DNA of 63,855 nucleotides, the filler included, from Aduncisulcus paluster (taxonomy: Eukaryota), in NCBI GenBank assembly GCA_024181965.1. It is 10 parts of 10 records of this genome, joined end to end, with 100 filler letters (N's around TTAATTAATTAA, not from the genome) between each part and the next. Parts side by side here need not be neighbours in the genome. Positions count along the whole stretch, not along the records: positions 49,075 to 53,913 come from BQXS01011073.1; positions 54,014 to 59,190 come from BQXS01011074.1; positions 59,291 to 63,855 come from BQXS01011075.1; 7 more parts are not named here. The stretch is one strand, 5' to 3'. A program made the position numbers and the translations under genes. Within the stretch, counting starts at the first letter, position 1, and every line of letters begins with the position of its first letter. The notes under the pieces are model-generated. The model did not search any database, was not told the DNA's origin, and saw only the letters and a list, made by a program, of their open reading frames with translations. Of the stretch, positions 49,685-62,559 are shown piece after piece.

Positions 49685-50386
49685 TAGCTAGACTGGTTTT
49701 ACTGTACTATACTGTACTATTACCATCCTATATATATTCTATTTGTCATAATTATGTTCTTCACTTCCTTTCACTCTTCCTCCGATCAAATAACATTCAT
49801 TTTTTGGCTCTTGTTGTCATAATATATTAAAACAATGGCCAATTTTTAACCGTTTTATCAAATTAAATTCTTCTATCGTTTTGTTTTTATTTTTTGTTTT
49901 GAAAACTTCCATTCTATGAGGAGAAAATGTGGGAAATCTTTTTTGCTGAGAATTCGATTGATCGTAGCTTGTACTTCTTATAAGGAAGTTACTATACTGT
50001 ACTATACTGTACTGTACTATTGCTTCTTTTGAAGATCAGTGGGTCCCACTTCTATTGGCAGGAGTCACGAATAAAGCTTCAAAGAAACTTTCTTTGATTT
50101 TGAAAATCCGGAGGTAGCTCTGAGAAATTACATTATTCGTGATTACGATTATAAAAAAAATTATAAATCATTCATAAATGTTTTAATACATGAAGTTGGA
50201 CGACATAGAATCCTTGTGGAGTGTCAGAGTCAATTTTTAACTTACTTGGGTCGATTTTGGTCGCATTTAGGTGCTATTCGAAAACAAAACCATATTTTCT
50301 TAATTATATTTATCATATTTATTCAATTCAAGCTTTACATATTCCATCTTTTCTGGCCACAATCTTCTCGAAGCTGTATATAGCCA

Positions 50387-51481
50387 ATGAATTCACCAAG
50401 AACCATTCAAATTATAAATCCAGTGTTTATTCACAAAGGAACAATCATTTGTTGTCCAATTGCTCGTGATTCCCCCAATATTAAGATTCCAGATTTTTCA
50501 TCTATCAAAGCGAGAAATGAAATGGTGGAAGAAGGTCAATATGGATACGATCAGAGTCTTTATGCACAAGACATGATGAAAGGGGACGGTAATAGTGAAT
50601 ACTATACCCATATCTCCATTCCTTTCTCCTCATCTTGCCCAATGAAAGGAGCTTATATTTGGATACAAAGCTGTGATTTGGCTTCTTCATTTCTTACCTT
50701 TACTTTTATGTCGTCAAGGGGTGAAAAGACATCCAAGAAATATATATTTCCTGAATTTGAAGGTTGTTTTTGGTATTTTCTTCCTATTGATCTCACTGAT
50801 GTTGTTCTGTGTGAGATTACTGGGAAAGGAAGATGCCAAGAGTCCTTTATGATCCCTTCCCTTGTTTTCTTCAGAGAAGAAACCCCTAAAGAAATCACAA
50901 TGCGTGAAACTAGAGCTAAACTATGGTATGAAGTTCCAGCTGTGAAAGCAAAGTTTGTTAAGAAGGGAGATAGAAAGTATTTCGGCAGGGATTCTATTCC
51001 CATTCCATGCGATGCTCAAAAACTTATAGATCCTCTATTCTCAATGGTTAAGTGTAAGAATGAATCGGTCTCTAAGGAAAGTGAAATGTATGATCAGAGT
51101 TCAAGAGCACAAAAAATATTGAAAAGGGAAGAAAGCATTAGATTCTTTTCCTATCTTTCCATTCCATTTCCAACACCTCGTTCAATTAAAGGTGCTTTTA
51201 TTTGTGTGGATAAGTATGCCAGTTCACCCTTTCTTCTTTTTACTTTCACTGATTGTGATGGTAAAAAGACATTCAAGAAGTATGAATTCACAGAATCTAA
51301 ACATTTATGTGAATGGCACTTTCTTCCTATTGATTTGTTGAATGTTGCATTGTGTGAGATTGAAGGGAAAGGAGCGTGGCAAGATATGAACTCACTTGAT
51401 TTCTGTATCTACTCCCTTGTTTTTACTGTGGCAGAGGAAAGCGAAATAATTGACAAATTATCTCTTCTGCCATGGAAATAA
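50387..51481 (+). CDS. Stand-alone protein of two tandem beta-sandwich-like domains; paralog of the N-terminus of 11127
   Basis: Collinear high similarity to 11127..12254 (YTHISIPFSSS.P.KGAYI, SLVFFREETPKEI, LLFTFTDCDGKKT.KKYEFT, EWHFLPIDL); clean stop, no kinase. Confidence 0.85.
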   Translation: MNSPRTIQIINPVFIHKGTIICCPIARDSPNIKIPDFSSIKARNEMVEEGQYGYDQSLYAQDMMKGDGNSEYYTHISIPFSSSCPMKGAYIWIQSCDLASSFLTFTFMSSRGEKTSKKYIFPEFEGCFWYFLPIDLTDVVLCEITGKGRCQESFMIPSLVFFREETPKEITMRETRAKLWYEVPAVKAKFVKKGDRKYFGRDSIPIPCDAQKLIDPLFSMVKCKNESVSKESEMYDQSSRAQKILKREESIRFFSYLSIPFPTPRSIKGAFICVDKYASSPFLLFTFTDCDGKKTFKKYEFTESKHLCEWHFLPIDLLNVALCEIEGKGAWQDMNSLDFCIYSLVFTVAEESEIIDKLSLLPWK

Positions 51482-52084
51482 TCCAAGGATGATGTTTTAA
51501 GCAAGGAAGCAGATAAAGACAAACAATAATATTATTGATCTTCAGGATTCTTGAAAATGTATTCAAAGAAATTGAAGATTGTGGGATATCAATGGAGTCT
51601 TTCTGAGTTAATGAGTAAGTAGAGCAAAATGGTGATGTAAATTGTTCCTATGGAGATCAAAAGAATATTCGAGAATTACATTAGACCCAGTGATCTTCAT
51701 ATCTAGATTCAGGCGAATAAAAGTGATAGAATGACAAAAATGTCGTCAGAGTAGCCATTCAGCATAATATTCAAAAATATCTATAAAATACAACAAGTTC
51801 ATAAAAAGTAAGCAAAGATATAAAAATAAAATATTTATAATACCATATTATAAGTTCTATATCTTCAATATGGAAACCAAAAGAATGATTTTGGCTCGAT
51901 CTTTTTGTCATGGTCATATAATGGATTTTGTATACTTCAAAAATAATATAAATACATAACATTAAGTTATAATATTTTTTCAGGAGGAATTTATTCCTAA
52001 ATAGATGTTGTTGCCTGAGTTGGAGGAGTTTGCTCTTTCTTGGTGGCAATTCAAGGTTTAAAATATTTTTATATTGATGTGAAT

Positions 52085-53913
52085 ATGGATTGTAAATCTT
52101 TTTCTAAAAATATTATTAAAATTGTATTGATTGGGAGCTATTCTGGAAAAACTTGTTTACGGAAACAATTCACAGACGGTGAATTTCCCCAGGATGTACC
52201 TCAAGGAACATTTTTGGAGTGTTCGACCAAAAAAATTGTTTCACTAACACAAAGTATTGTTCTTCATATTTTTGACACTGGTGGGATTGAAGGCACTTGG
52301 GGTTTAGCTCAACACACATGTTGTGATGCTGATGTTATTGTAATGGTCTATGACATCACGGATGAACGGAGTTTCTCTTTTGTTAGGAAAAAATATGAGG
52401 AGTTATTGCTTGAAACATATAGATTTGCAACTCCCCTATTTGCTCTAGTCGGGAACAAAATTGACCGTGGACATGATCGTCAAGTTGATCAGTCTACAGC
52501 CAAAAGATTCGCTTTTGAAAGGGATATGATGTATTTCGAGACAAGTGCCTTAACTGGAGAAGGTGTTGAGGAAATGTTCTTACAAATAGCTGAGACTTGT
52601 TTCATGAACAGGCATCATTTGATTCATCATGACTCTTCACACAAATACACATTGCCCATTCTTGATGAATCTTGTTTGGATGATTTCCCTCTCTGTGATA
52701 TTGACCCCTCTCGAGTTGAATCGACAGAAGGGTATAGCCAGAGCAAATTAGTGAAGTTCTTTCAGGGCAAGACAAGTTTATCATTAACTCCTAATCTGGG
52801 AGATGTTAATCTACGAATTCCTTTTAAAGCACCCCATATTATCAGTCATTTCTATATAAGTAGTCAGAATATTCCAAGTAGTATAAAGAGGTTCAAAATG
52901 CATTTTACAACTGTTGATAAAAAGTTGTATGTTAAAGAATTTTCTGTATCTTCTGATATTCCTTTTGATCATTACTTCTGGGAAAAGTTCATTGTTGAAA
53001 TATCTGTTCCAATTATAGCTTGTTATCTTGAAGTCCTCTCTCCAGATGGAGATGATAAACAACCAAAAGTGCACTTGCATGCCATTCGATTTGTTATCGA
53101 TAAGGAAATGGAGAAGCAGAAAGCTGAAGAGAAACGTTTCAAGATTGAGAAACTTCGTGTTGAAGGTGAAGCCAGACGAACTGCAGAAGTGAAAGAAGAG
53201 CGACGAGTTGAGATCAATGAATTGTTGAGTGATTTCATCTCTTCCACCAAACAGACTCTGAGTGCTTTGAGAGATGATCTTGATGCAACAAAGAAAGAAT
53301 TATCGCACACAAAGGCTGAGCTTGAGGCCGAGAAGACACTTCGAATTCAAGAGAACGAAGAGTTTGAGAAGCAGCTTGAGTTGAAACAAGCCCAGATGGA
53401 CTCTTTGTCAAGGGAACTGTCGATGCATCAACAAACGTCTGAGACGAAACGATTGATTCTTTCCCGTGACATTCGATCTCTGCAACGTGAGCTGGCATGT
53501 GTCTCTGCTCGTGTGTCTGGACAACCGCCAGAGCTGTGTGCAAGTGTGACAAAGAATCATGCTGACACTGTTTCCCGTCGTGTGAGTGTTCTGTCTCCTT
53601 TGAGTGAGTATGTTTCTGTGAGTTGTGATGTGGACACGATGAGTTCCACATTGATGACAAGCGTTCCATGTTCACTGTGGCACAATGCATTGTCTGATGA
53701 TGGCACACTCTCTCACAATGCCATGATGATGCTTGGGCTCGTGAGTCTGTTCCGAGCTTTGCATGATGGGTGTGATGATGCTTTGAGGGATGATGCTTTG
53801 AGGGATGATGCTTTGAGCGATGGTCATCTCCATGATACTGACATGAACAATGGTCTTCGCAAGTGCACCATGCATGAGAGTATTCGTCAAGTGACATGCA
53901 AGATGAGTGATGT
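52085..53913 (+). CDS. Atypical Rab-like small GTPase fused to one beta-sandwich-like domain and a coiled coil; 3' truncated
   Basis: KIVLIGSYSGKT, IFDTGG, VMVYDITDERSF, LVGNKID, YFETSALTGEGVEEMF; then YSQS..KFFQGK...LRIPF...FYI...HFTTVDKK; then heptads and DDALR repeats. Confidence 0.85.
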
Positions 53914-54014
53914 NNNNNNNNNNNNNNNNNNNNNNNNNNNNNNNNNNNNNNNNNNNNTTAATTAATTAANNNNNNNNNNNNNNNNNNNNNNNNNNNNNNN
54001 NNNNNNNNNNNNNC

Positions 54015-54992
54015 CTTGATCCAGCCTTTAGAAGGGCTAGTCTTCCTGTTGATTTCCGTCCAAGCTCTGATATTACACAGCATGCTCAGATATATCAAAG
54101 GTCTGGTGTATATCCCCCTCACCACCATCCTGGACACTTTTCGGTCCCTGTAAAATCATTTCCTTTAACCCATCCTTATGGTCAGCATCCTCCGCCCCTT
54201 CAAAACCCCGTCAAGTCCAGGTCTCCTTCCCAATCGTCTGTCACTGGCGTTTCCACCACTCCTCAGCCTCGTCACGATCAACTCAGTTCTTTGTTGCATG
54301 CCATTGAACCTTTGGACCTCATTCAAAAAGTTTCTCTCCTTCAAAAGCTTAAAGGCATGGTCATGAGTGAACTTGAGCTAATTGACCAACTTCCTTCCCA
54401 ACTTGAGAGATCTACAGGCAAAGAAGATCTCAAACATTATTCTCAACCACTTTCTAAGACTCCACTTTCACAGCAACCCTCCAACACACAAGGCAGGCGT
54501 CATAGTGGACCTCCCTCTCACTGGTATCCCTCACAGCACCCTAATGTGACCAGTTCAGCCCCTCCGTCCTCAATGTCCATGCCTATTCTCCCTCTTTCGG
54601 CTCAAGGAAGTCCCCATTCAAGTGCTCGCTCAAGCCATAGCTCTCGTACTGGCTCTGTCAATAATGGCCACTCCTCTCCCCACGATTCTGATGGGCCATC
54701 TTCCACGATTACACCTTCTGGCCCTTCCACTTCCTCGTCGCATCACGCCGGCCAACCGGCCCCCACGACCGGTAGTGAGACGATGGAATTTTCCTCCGAT
54801 AGTTCCGATAGTATTGACCTTCCTCCAGGCCAGTCCATGACATCAATGCTCGCCAGCTCCAGTGCATCTACGTCTTCTTCAAATCATGGATCTTCTTCCC
54901 GCATTCTCCCCACTATTGCGGAAGAAGACATTGATCATCGCCAAACACAACAATTACCTTTTGGGGAATTCCAAAATGGATGGTCATTTTGA
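54015..54992 (+). CDS. C-terminal fragment of a Ser/Pro/His-rich protein with one helical segment
   Basis: Frame open from the contig edge through ORF 54291..54992. Confidence 0.6.
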   Translation, partial: LDPAFRRASLPVDFRPSSDITQHAQIYQRSGVYPPHHHPGHFSVPVKSFPLTHPYGQHPPPLQNPVKSRSPSQSSVTGVSTTPQPRHDQLSSLLHAIEPLDLIQKVSLLQKLKGMVMSELELIDQLPSQLERSTGKEDLKHYSQPLSKTPLSQQPSNTQGRRHSGPPSHWYPSQHPNVTSSAPPSSMSMPILPLSAQGSPHSSARSSHSSRTGSVNNGHSSPHDSDGPSSTITPSGPSTSSSHHAGQPAPTTGSETMEFSSDSSDSIDLPPGQSMTSMLASSSASTSSSNHGSSSRILPTIAEEDIDHRQTQQLPFGEFQNGWSF

Positions 54993-56824
54993 GAAACTTA
55001 CTCACTTGTCCCCAGTCTTTCCCATTGTGATGGGGAAAAAAAAATTATTTTTTTATTTTTGTTTGAGTCAATTGTACTTGCGTGCGTGATGCCTAAACCT
55101 ATATCTCTCTTCTCTTTATATAGATTAATTTATTTTAACACCTTGCTTGTTTCTTGACCCTCCCTGTTCATTTCTCATAGATCTAAAAATAGATCATAGT
55201 AATGTTGTAAAGTTAGTGTTGTGATGTATACAACATATATAATGTAGCATTGAGGATCAAGATCAGAACGATTCTTTCTATTTTTAGATATTTATTTTTA
55301 TAATTATAAATTTTGCTGCCTTTTGCTGCTAAATAGTCTCCTATCTCAATCCCTTCTCTCCTCCAATTCATTTGCTTCTATTTTTAGATTTTTGTTTCTC
55401 AAAAACTATCAAGACCTTTTCTCAAAGAATGTCTCTTTTTTCCCTTTTTTTTCCCTTTTCATTTTTGCTTTGAAACCCAAGGATTCTTCTTCGTTACAGA
55501 TACTGTTTGTGTTCTTTAGTTTTCTACAGGTCCCGCACTCACATCACTGAAATCTATTTCCATATCTCTCTCTCTCTCTCTTTGGTTTACGCAGTCTATT
55601 TTTAGACTCTAGAGCAGTCTATTTTTAGACTACTGTAATGTGAACTCTTCCTCCCGAAAAAAGGTTATATATTCTGTGTGTTTTTTGTATTTGCTGTATT
55701 AATATCATGAATATATAAATATATATAAATTATTTGAGAGAGATAATTCAAGACAAGACAAGACCCCCAGATTACGAATCAAAAACTTTCCAAAAAAAAA
55801 AAAAAAAATTTAAAAATAATACTGATAATGATCATACTATTCTGGTTTTTTTATTTACATTTGTTTACAAAATCTTTCCTTTCTCCCTCTCTCTTTCATC
55901 TTTCCCGTGTTTCCATGGATTTAAAAAGACCATAGTTTCTTCGATATATCAAGATTTTATTTACAATCATCGTTACTTATCACAAAACAATAATTTTACG
56001 ACGAACAAAAAATATTGTGTGTTTTCATTTCGAAACTCATTCTCTCTCTTCTCTCTCGTTCTTGTACCTTTTTTTTTTCTTTGATCATTTTTAAAGTTTT
56101 TTTGTCATGGTGGTTCTTGTTCTTGTGTCAAGATCGAAAAAATGTTATATTTATAGATTAATATCTATTTATAGATTTCAGTATCCTACATTATTTCTTA
56201 TTCCTGGCTTTTTTTGTAATTTCTCAAGCAAAAATTATTAATTATTTCATTGAAACTTGCATTATTTTGATTTTTCTTCAAACAATTAAATTGAATTTAT
56301 AAATTTTTTGCCTTTACAACAATTGAAAAAATAATTATTTATTGAATTTTTTTTTTTTTTTTTTTTTTTTTTTGTTCTTTTGTTCTTTTGTTTTTGTTTT
56401 GCTTTACTTCTAAAAATTCCATTTTTTCGTCTTTATATAGTTATATATATCTTATCTCTCAAATTGTGAGATAAATTGGCCAGATATTTACTATTGATAT
56501 TGAAATCTGTTTATTTTGTTCGCTTGGGCTTTGTATTTTCAATTGAATTTTCATTGACTTTTTGGACATTTTGAATCATTAAAATAAGGTTCAGTGTTGA
56601 AGTTATTTGACATTTTATTCAATGTTCAACATTCAATGTTGAATGAATAATATTTCAAATATGGTTAAGCTCAAAAACAATTATCCAATCTTCCTTTGTT
56701 GTTTTTGTAGTAAATATTCCTCAATTAGAGAGTAATGTGTCTAAAAATAGATAGGCTGAGAATAATCAATCGATATTTGTATGATTCTTGAGAGAGACGA
56801 GGTTCTGTTCTGGAACATCAGTGT

Positions 56825-59190
56825 TTAATAACAAAGAAGATTGAGCAACCATAAGATGCCAAGTATCCCAGACCCAACCAAAAATATAATGCCAATATAG
56901 TCAATGCTTGCAATAATATCCAAGAAGAGAGTCGCCAAATGATTTGAGGAATAATTAAAGTTGTTAAATTCAGTATTTAGCTTGTAACTTTCAACAATAT
57001 CGTCCAGACTTGTCCTTTTAAAATCAGAGGCGAGCTGAAGGTTGTGTAAAGTAAGCATAGCAAATTGATTATCGCTAGAAACAGACTGGAACTCATCGTT
57101 GATATTGGGAGAAATTGGCACAGAATAAGATGATCCAAATTCAATCCAGCCCAAGTCATGGAAAAGACTACAAAGAAAAGGAGAAGCTGAGAATTTATCA
57201 TGAAAAGCAGTACTGTCGGACAATTCTTTCATTTTTTTCTCAGGAAGGGTACTTTCCTCAACATTATTTGTGTCCTCGACGGTATCTGTTGGAGGATCTA
57301 TAATTAGATCAGTGTCAATTCCAAGAATATCAAGTTTCTCACCATCAATATTTTCGGAATCATTCCCCAAACCTGATGATGTTGGAATTTCTTCTTCAGG
57401 CTGTTCAGTGTGAGTTTCTTCTATTTTCAGTGTGATTTTTGGAATAACATTCTTAAAATAGTCAATAGAATTTACAATATCAATGCGAGACAAAGAATAT
57501 AAATATGAATCGAATGCCAAAGGAATTTCATTTTCAAGGGAATCAAATGGTGAAATCCCAAGTTTTCCTTTCAAAGAACAATCCAAAATGAGCGCAACTC
57601 CATTGCTATCGCCCGAAATTGCAGCGAGATAAGCCAATGACACAGCCATTTGAGTGAATTCATCAGGTGTGGATGGGAGTTGATGAATGGGGATATCTGT
57701 GGAAATTATATTGTATGATTCCTTAGGTTTGGCTCCATTGGCTCCCTTGGTTTTTGAATCTTCGAGAAAAGGAACAGAAATCGTGTCAGGAATGTCAGAT
57801 ATTTGAACTGAGGAAAGTTTTCTCTGTACTTTTGGAGTAAGAAGAAGCACCGCGGCTTCAGTGAAGGCTGGGCTTGAACCTAGGAGACCCACTTTCACAA
57901 GGCTGATAATGTTTGCCCAATCATAGACTTCACGGGCACCAGGAACTTGATACGAATAAAGAGGTTCCTGTTCCTGATCCTGAAGCTCCTGTTCTGCACT
58001 TAGATTGGCATTGGCATTGACATCTTCTTCATCGGAAGTTTCTACTTCAGTTTCTATCTCTTCCTCATCTGTTGGAGGATCTATAATTAGATCAGTGTCT
58101 CTATCTACCATATCGGTATCCCCATCTTCTTCATAAACGACATTTTCCTCATGAACATCAGAATCTATAATTAGATCAGTGTCCATATCCATAAAAATAT
58201 CCATCTCATCTTCACTACTGGGAAAGCTGTAAAGGACTTTTCTGGACAGTTTCTTCAGAGAATTATGATGGAACAGATATAAAGACAAGCCCAAAGCTTC
58301 TTGATTCATTCCGAGCTGATGCATAAGACGAACGCAGCTATCTCCAAGCATTGTGGTGCCAGCGGCTGAGATATGTTCTAAACACGCATAAAGTGCCAAA
58401 GGAATGGATGTCGTTTCCTTATCATCAGATTCATATTTAGAAACTGCATACGGATGTAAAGTAAGAAGAGAATTATGTTGATGGGGAAACATACGGTTTT
58501 CTACATCCCCAACTTGCATGAAATTAAATGTATTTGACAAAATATAAACTAGATTGACCCATCCAAGATGCTGACCCTTAATGGCACACTGTTTGAAATG
58601 AGAGATGGCATCGTGAAGGCGAGGGAAGAAAAATCCACGATTAATGTCAGCACTGGTGGTTGAACCAACATATAAATATCTCAATCCATGAATATAATGA
58701 CTCAGAATGTTTGTAGAATCCAGAGAATTTCCAACACGATTGTCAGCATCCACAATGAGTTGAATCGGATGAACATGACCGGAGAGATGTTTGAGAGTGA
58801 AGAAAGATGGGGAGAGAGGTGGGAACAAAGGTCCAGAAGCCACAGTGGTCTCACCTGGAGCTTTAGTTTGTTCTCCAATGATTCTTTGTTTGATTTCATC
58901 CAAGAGTTCCTTCACATTGGCTTCGATTCCCCATTTAGATGCCTTGGCCAACAATTCTGCCATAGCGTCTATATATTTAGAGTGTAACTCATTACTGTCT
59001 AAAAATAGATCATTAATTTCTTCAACATAATCCTCAACAATGGTATTTTCGGTGACAGTGGATGTTTCACTTGTTGGATGCATTGTGACTCTGATAACAT
59101 CATCAATGGCATCAAATAGTTTTGGAACAAGCTCATCAAGCTTTGCCACGATCAGATCATGATCCTGTGACAAAGTTTGAATGATGGCTT
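56825..59190 (-). CDS. Membrane-anchored protein with Sel1-like helical repeats and a C-terminal TM helix (SEL1L/Hrd3-like architecture), 5' truncated
   Basis: YIHGLRYLYVG, AISHFKQCAIKGQHLGWVNL, AYLAAISGDSNG; terminal hydrophobic IIFLVGSGILGILWLLNLL. Confidence 0.45.
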
Positions 59191-59290
59191 NNNNNNNNNN
59201 NNNNNNNNNNNNNNNNNNNNNNNNNNNNNNNNNNTTAATTAATTAANNNNNNNNNNNNNNNNNNNNNNNNNNNNNNNNNNNNNNNNNNNN

Positions 59291-59699
59291 GAATGGGCCT
59301 TGGGAGTTTTTGAATAATCTCCATCATTTCAATATCTATTATTTTGGCAATTCGAAATAGGGATGTCTCTGTAACTGTAGCCTTTTCAATAATATAATCA
59401 AAAAATTTAAGTATTAATTGTTTTTGTGGTTTTAAATTCTCTTTAAGGCACTGAATATGAGAACGTGAGATAATGTGGTCAATTAATGACGAATAAGAGT
59501 TTAAAAACTCTCTTTTACAAAATAAACATTGTATATTAGAATTATTTATAATTTTTAGCTCTGAAGATGTTGTAAAAGATAATATTTCAAGGATGTCTTT
59601 TTTGTTCACACCAAGCGAACCATGAAGAATGGCATAAACTGTTTTGGAACGTCTTTTTCTCATTAAAATGTCTTCTAATTGTTTTGTTTTTAATTTCAT
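59291..59699 (-). mobile_element. hAT-like transposase N-terminal fragment, paralog of 44644..45286
   Basis: KKDILEIL...IQCLFC...DHIISRSH...FFDYII aligns with KKSEIFEIM...IRCLTC...SHILSQVH...FLRDLC. Confidence 0.5.
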
Positions 59700-60465
59700 T
59701 TGTTCCAATTATCTTGGCTTCATAAGGTACGTAGAATATGTAATATTCCTATTACTAATCTGTTTCTATCCATTCTGATAGTTTTTTTCCAATATACATT
59801 TTAATGACATATTATTTTATTTATTTATTATTCTTTTTAACGAGGTCGATATTTTTGAGAAAGCTTGGTTCGTTTAGTAACAATGGGAACCATGATCTGT
59901 TCAAAACCACAACCAGGCTGGTATAAAAACCAATCGAGCAAAACAACAAAACAAAACTAAAACAGGTGCATCAGTTATTAAACTCATTTTCAGGTCTAAA
60001 ATCATTTCACAGAGATATTTCTTAGAAATATCGAAGGACACACTCAGATTGGCTCCTTAGAGACTCCAAAGCTTGAGAGATTTGGCCATTCCAAAGAATC
60101 GGAGGTGTCAAATCAGTGATAGGTCTTTTTAGCTATTATCGAGCCTATACATAGTGGTGCATTTTAGTAAAAAAGTACTGAACATGAATTTTTTTTAGTT
60201 CAGGGTTGGATTTTTAGTCCTCAAACTACTAAGAATTTAGTACTATATCTCAAACTTTAGTAATAATTTGAAGACTAAAGCTTTGTAGTGGTATCTGTGG
60301 TGCCTACTATCGGAATAAATTAAAATTATAATTCCCTAGCACCAAATTTAACAAAAAAATAGTCAAGGGCAGCAACACCGGAATTAAATCGAATAAACTA
60401 AGTCTTACGCTCCCCGGGGTTGATCAGACCCAAGGGAACTGCTTTTATATAATATTATGTGCCCA

Positions 60466-60662
60466 TCAGGATGATGTTTCTTCTCAAAAGTTTCAATGAT
60501 GTCCATGAGTAGCTGTGTCTCTCTTAGTATCACGACGATTGTCGTCTTCCTGCTCTGACATTCGGACGAACAATGGAGATATCGAAAAGGTCACCATGTC
60601 AAAGTCATGAATTTCCAAGATCACCTCAGGATGATGTTTCTTCTCAAGAGTTTCAATGATGT
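60466..60662 (+). repeat. 37-bp direct repeat with one mismatch
   Basis: TCAGGATGATGTTTCTTCTCAA(A/G)AGTTTCAATGATGT at 60466-60502 and 60626-60662. Confidence 0.85.
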
Positions 60663-60894
60663 GTGGTTAGAATTGTTAGAGACAATTTATTAAATAAAGG
60701 CAGGGATCCAGGATCTATAAATAGACCTTGAGAATCGATATGGATTCCCAACATAATAGAGCTAATTTTCGGAGTAACTACGTTGAACTGGATGGTTAAA
60801 ACCAGGGACTGCTGAAACACAGATAGGAAATAAGAAAGAATATTGCTTTGTAGGCCAAACAAACGAGAATTTCGAGCAAACACCAACAGGTGAA

Positions 60895-61098
60895 GTGAGC
60901 ATACGTCTTGACATTATTGTTGACGTTGCAACCCCAGTATATATCAAAATAAAGATAACGTACGAATACGCTGATTTGTGCCAGCTGAAGAGGGTCACTC
61001 GTGAAAAGAATGCAAACTACTCAAGCTTCAATGCCGCTATAGTGTTGGATTCGGCCATGCTGGAATATATTTGCATCGGTCATAGAGGAAATTTCTGA
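60895..61098 (+). pseudogene. Degenerate restriction-like endonuclease of an R2/R4-type non-LTR element
   Basis: IRLDIIV...I.ITYE...KNANY...IGHRGNF follows the RPDIV..D/E..YE..K..KY..VG.RG RLE pattern with decayed catalytic residues. Confidence 0.45.
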
Positions 61099-61534
61099 AT
61101 TATTGCCCTTCTCGCCACGACAAGCAATGAGAATTGCGGATGACGGAGTACAAATCGCTATGAGGGAATCTTGCAAAATATTGAGAAATTCTCACGGATG
61201 CAACATCTATAAACGATGATGCAAATCGTATGCCTCAGAAGTGGTCAAGTCAGAGAACATGGATGACAAAAGTTCATCTCCACCTTGACTCCAGATCCAA
61301 GTTGAGAGCTTTCGATTGAAGACACGCACCACAAAGCATGAGGACATATTATCAGGAACTGCCACCAGCGTTGGGATCATAGCTACGAAGACGAGAATGG
61401 AACAGAGAAGTAGAACCACTTATATATGACGACGGTGCATGTCATCCTGCTCAGTGCAGCTCACCTGACCTTGATACCATGAAGAATGATTAAGATAAAA
61501 AGTACTGATTTCATTAAAATTTGGTACTGGAAAA

Positions 61535-62419
61535 TTAAAGACCCCGCTTCACATCTCTCTTGCTGGTCGGCGTCCTTAAGTTGTCTATGGCTGTGATGAT
61601 TCTTCCAGGAGCTATGGCTTTTCCTTGAGCAGAGATAGTATATCCAAGGAATTCGACTTGTTCGAAACCAAGACGGCATTTTTCGAAGTTAATCACCAAT
61701 CCAACTTCACCACACCTCTCTAAAATGGTTCTCAGGTTATGGACGAAGTCGTCTTGAGATGTTCCCAGAACCAATATGTCATCCATGTAGATGATACACC
61801 TGTCGTCGGCCATTAGATCACCAAACACCGCCTGCATTGTATATTGGAAGTGAGCAGGAGCATTTCGAAGACCAAACGGCATGCATGTATAGTGATAAAT
61901 CCCAGTCGGCGTGCGGAATGCAGTAAACAACTGACAATCTGGATGTATGGGTATAAGGTTAAACCCATTCGAGAAATCTAGCGTTCCAAACACTTTCTTT
62001 CCTTCCAAGGAGTCTAAAATGTCGTCAATACGTGGTAAGGGGAACTGGAAGGGGACAGTGATGGAGTTAAGGATTCGGTAATCTATACATAACCTTTGGG
62101 AACCGTTCTTCTTTGCGACGATCACGACAGGAGAGTAGAATGAGTTCATGCTTTTTACAATGAGTCCCAGATCACTCAGCCTTTTGATCTCAGTCTTTAA
62201 GAACGTCTTGTGGGCATTGTTCACTCTACGACCTGAGGAAAGTGTAAACTTTTCACCAGGGATGAGCCTTATGGAGAATGGCTCAACATCGGCTGGTGCA
62301 GATCCACGTGAATCAATTTGAGCAGTGTATCTCTCAACGAGAGGTAAAATCATGAAGGCATCTGATAGATCAATGGCTATGCCTGTTGCTCCATCAGCAA
62401 TAAGTTCCCTTGCCGTCAT
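61535..62419 (-). mobile_element. Ty3/Gypsy reverse transcriptase fragment
   Basis: SPVVIVAKKNGSQRLCIDYRILN, FPLPRIDD, LDFSNGF, TAFRT, MPFGLRNAPAHFQ, YMDDILV, KC.LG..QVEFLGY. Confidence 0.92.
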
Positions 62420-62559
62420 GACATTGGTTAATAATTAATACATTGGTTAATATTCAGGGAAGAAACCTGTTTGATAAGGCATGATGACATGGTTATATGA
62501 AATCCATTGCACCAATCTTTTGTTGATGACTGTACTCATGAGCCTCATCGCATGGGATC

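Noticed and set aside
55000-56820. ORFs or ncRNA in the long T/A-rich intergenic stretch
   Set aside because: Homopolymer-driven low complexity with only an 18-bp tandem repeat (GCAGTCTATTTTTAGACT); consistent with UTR or intergenic DNA.
60466-60662. CRISPR-like repeat-spacer unit
   Set aside because: Only two copies, a 123-bp spacer, eukaryotic context and no cas genes.
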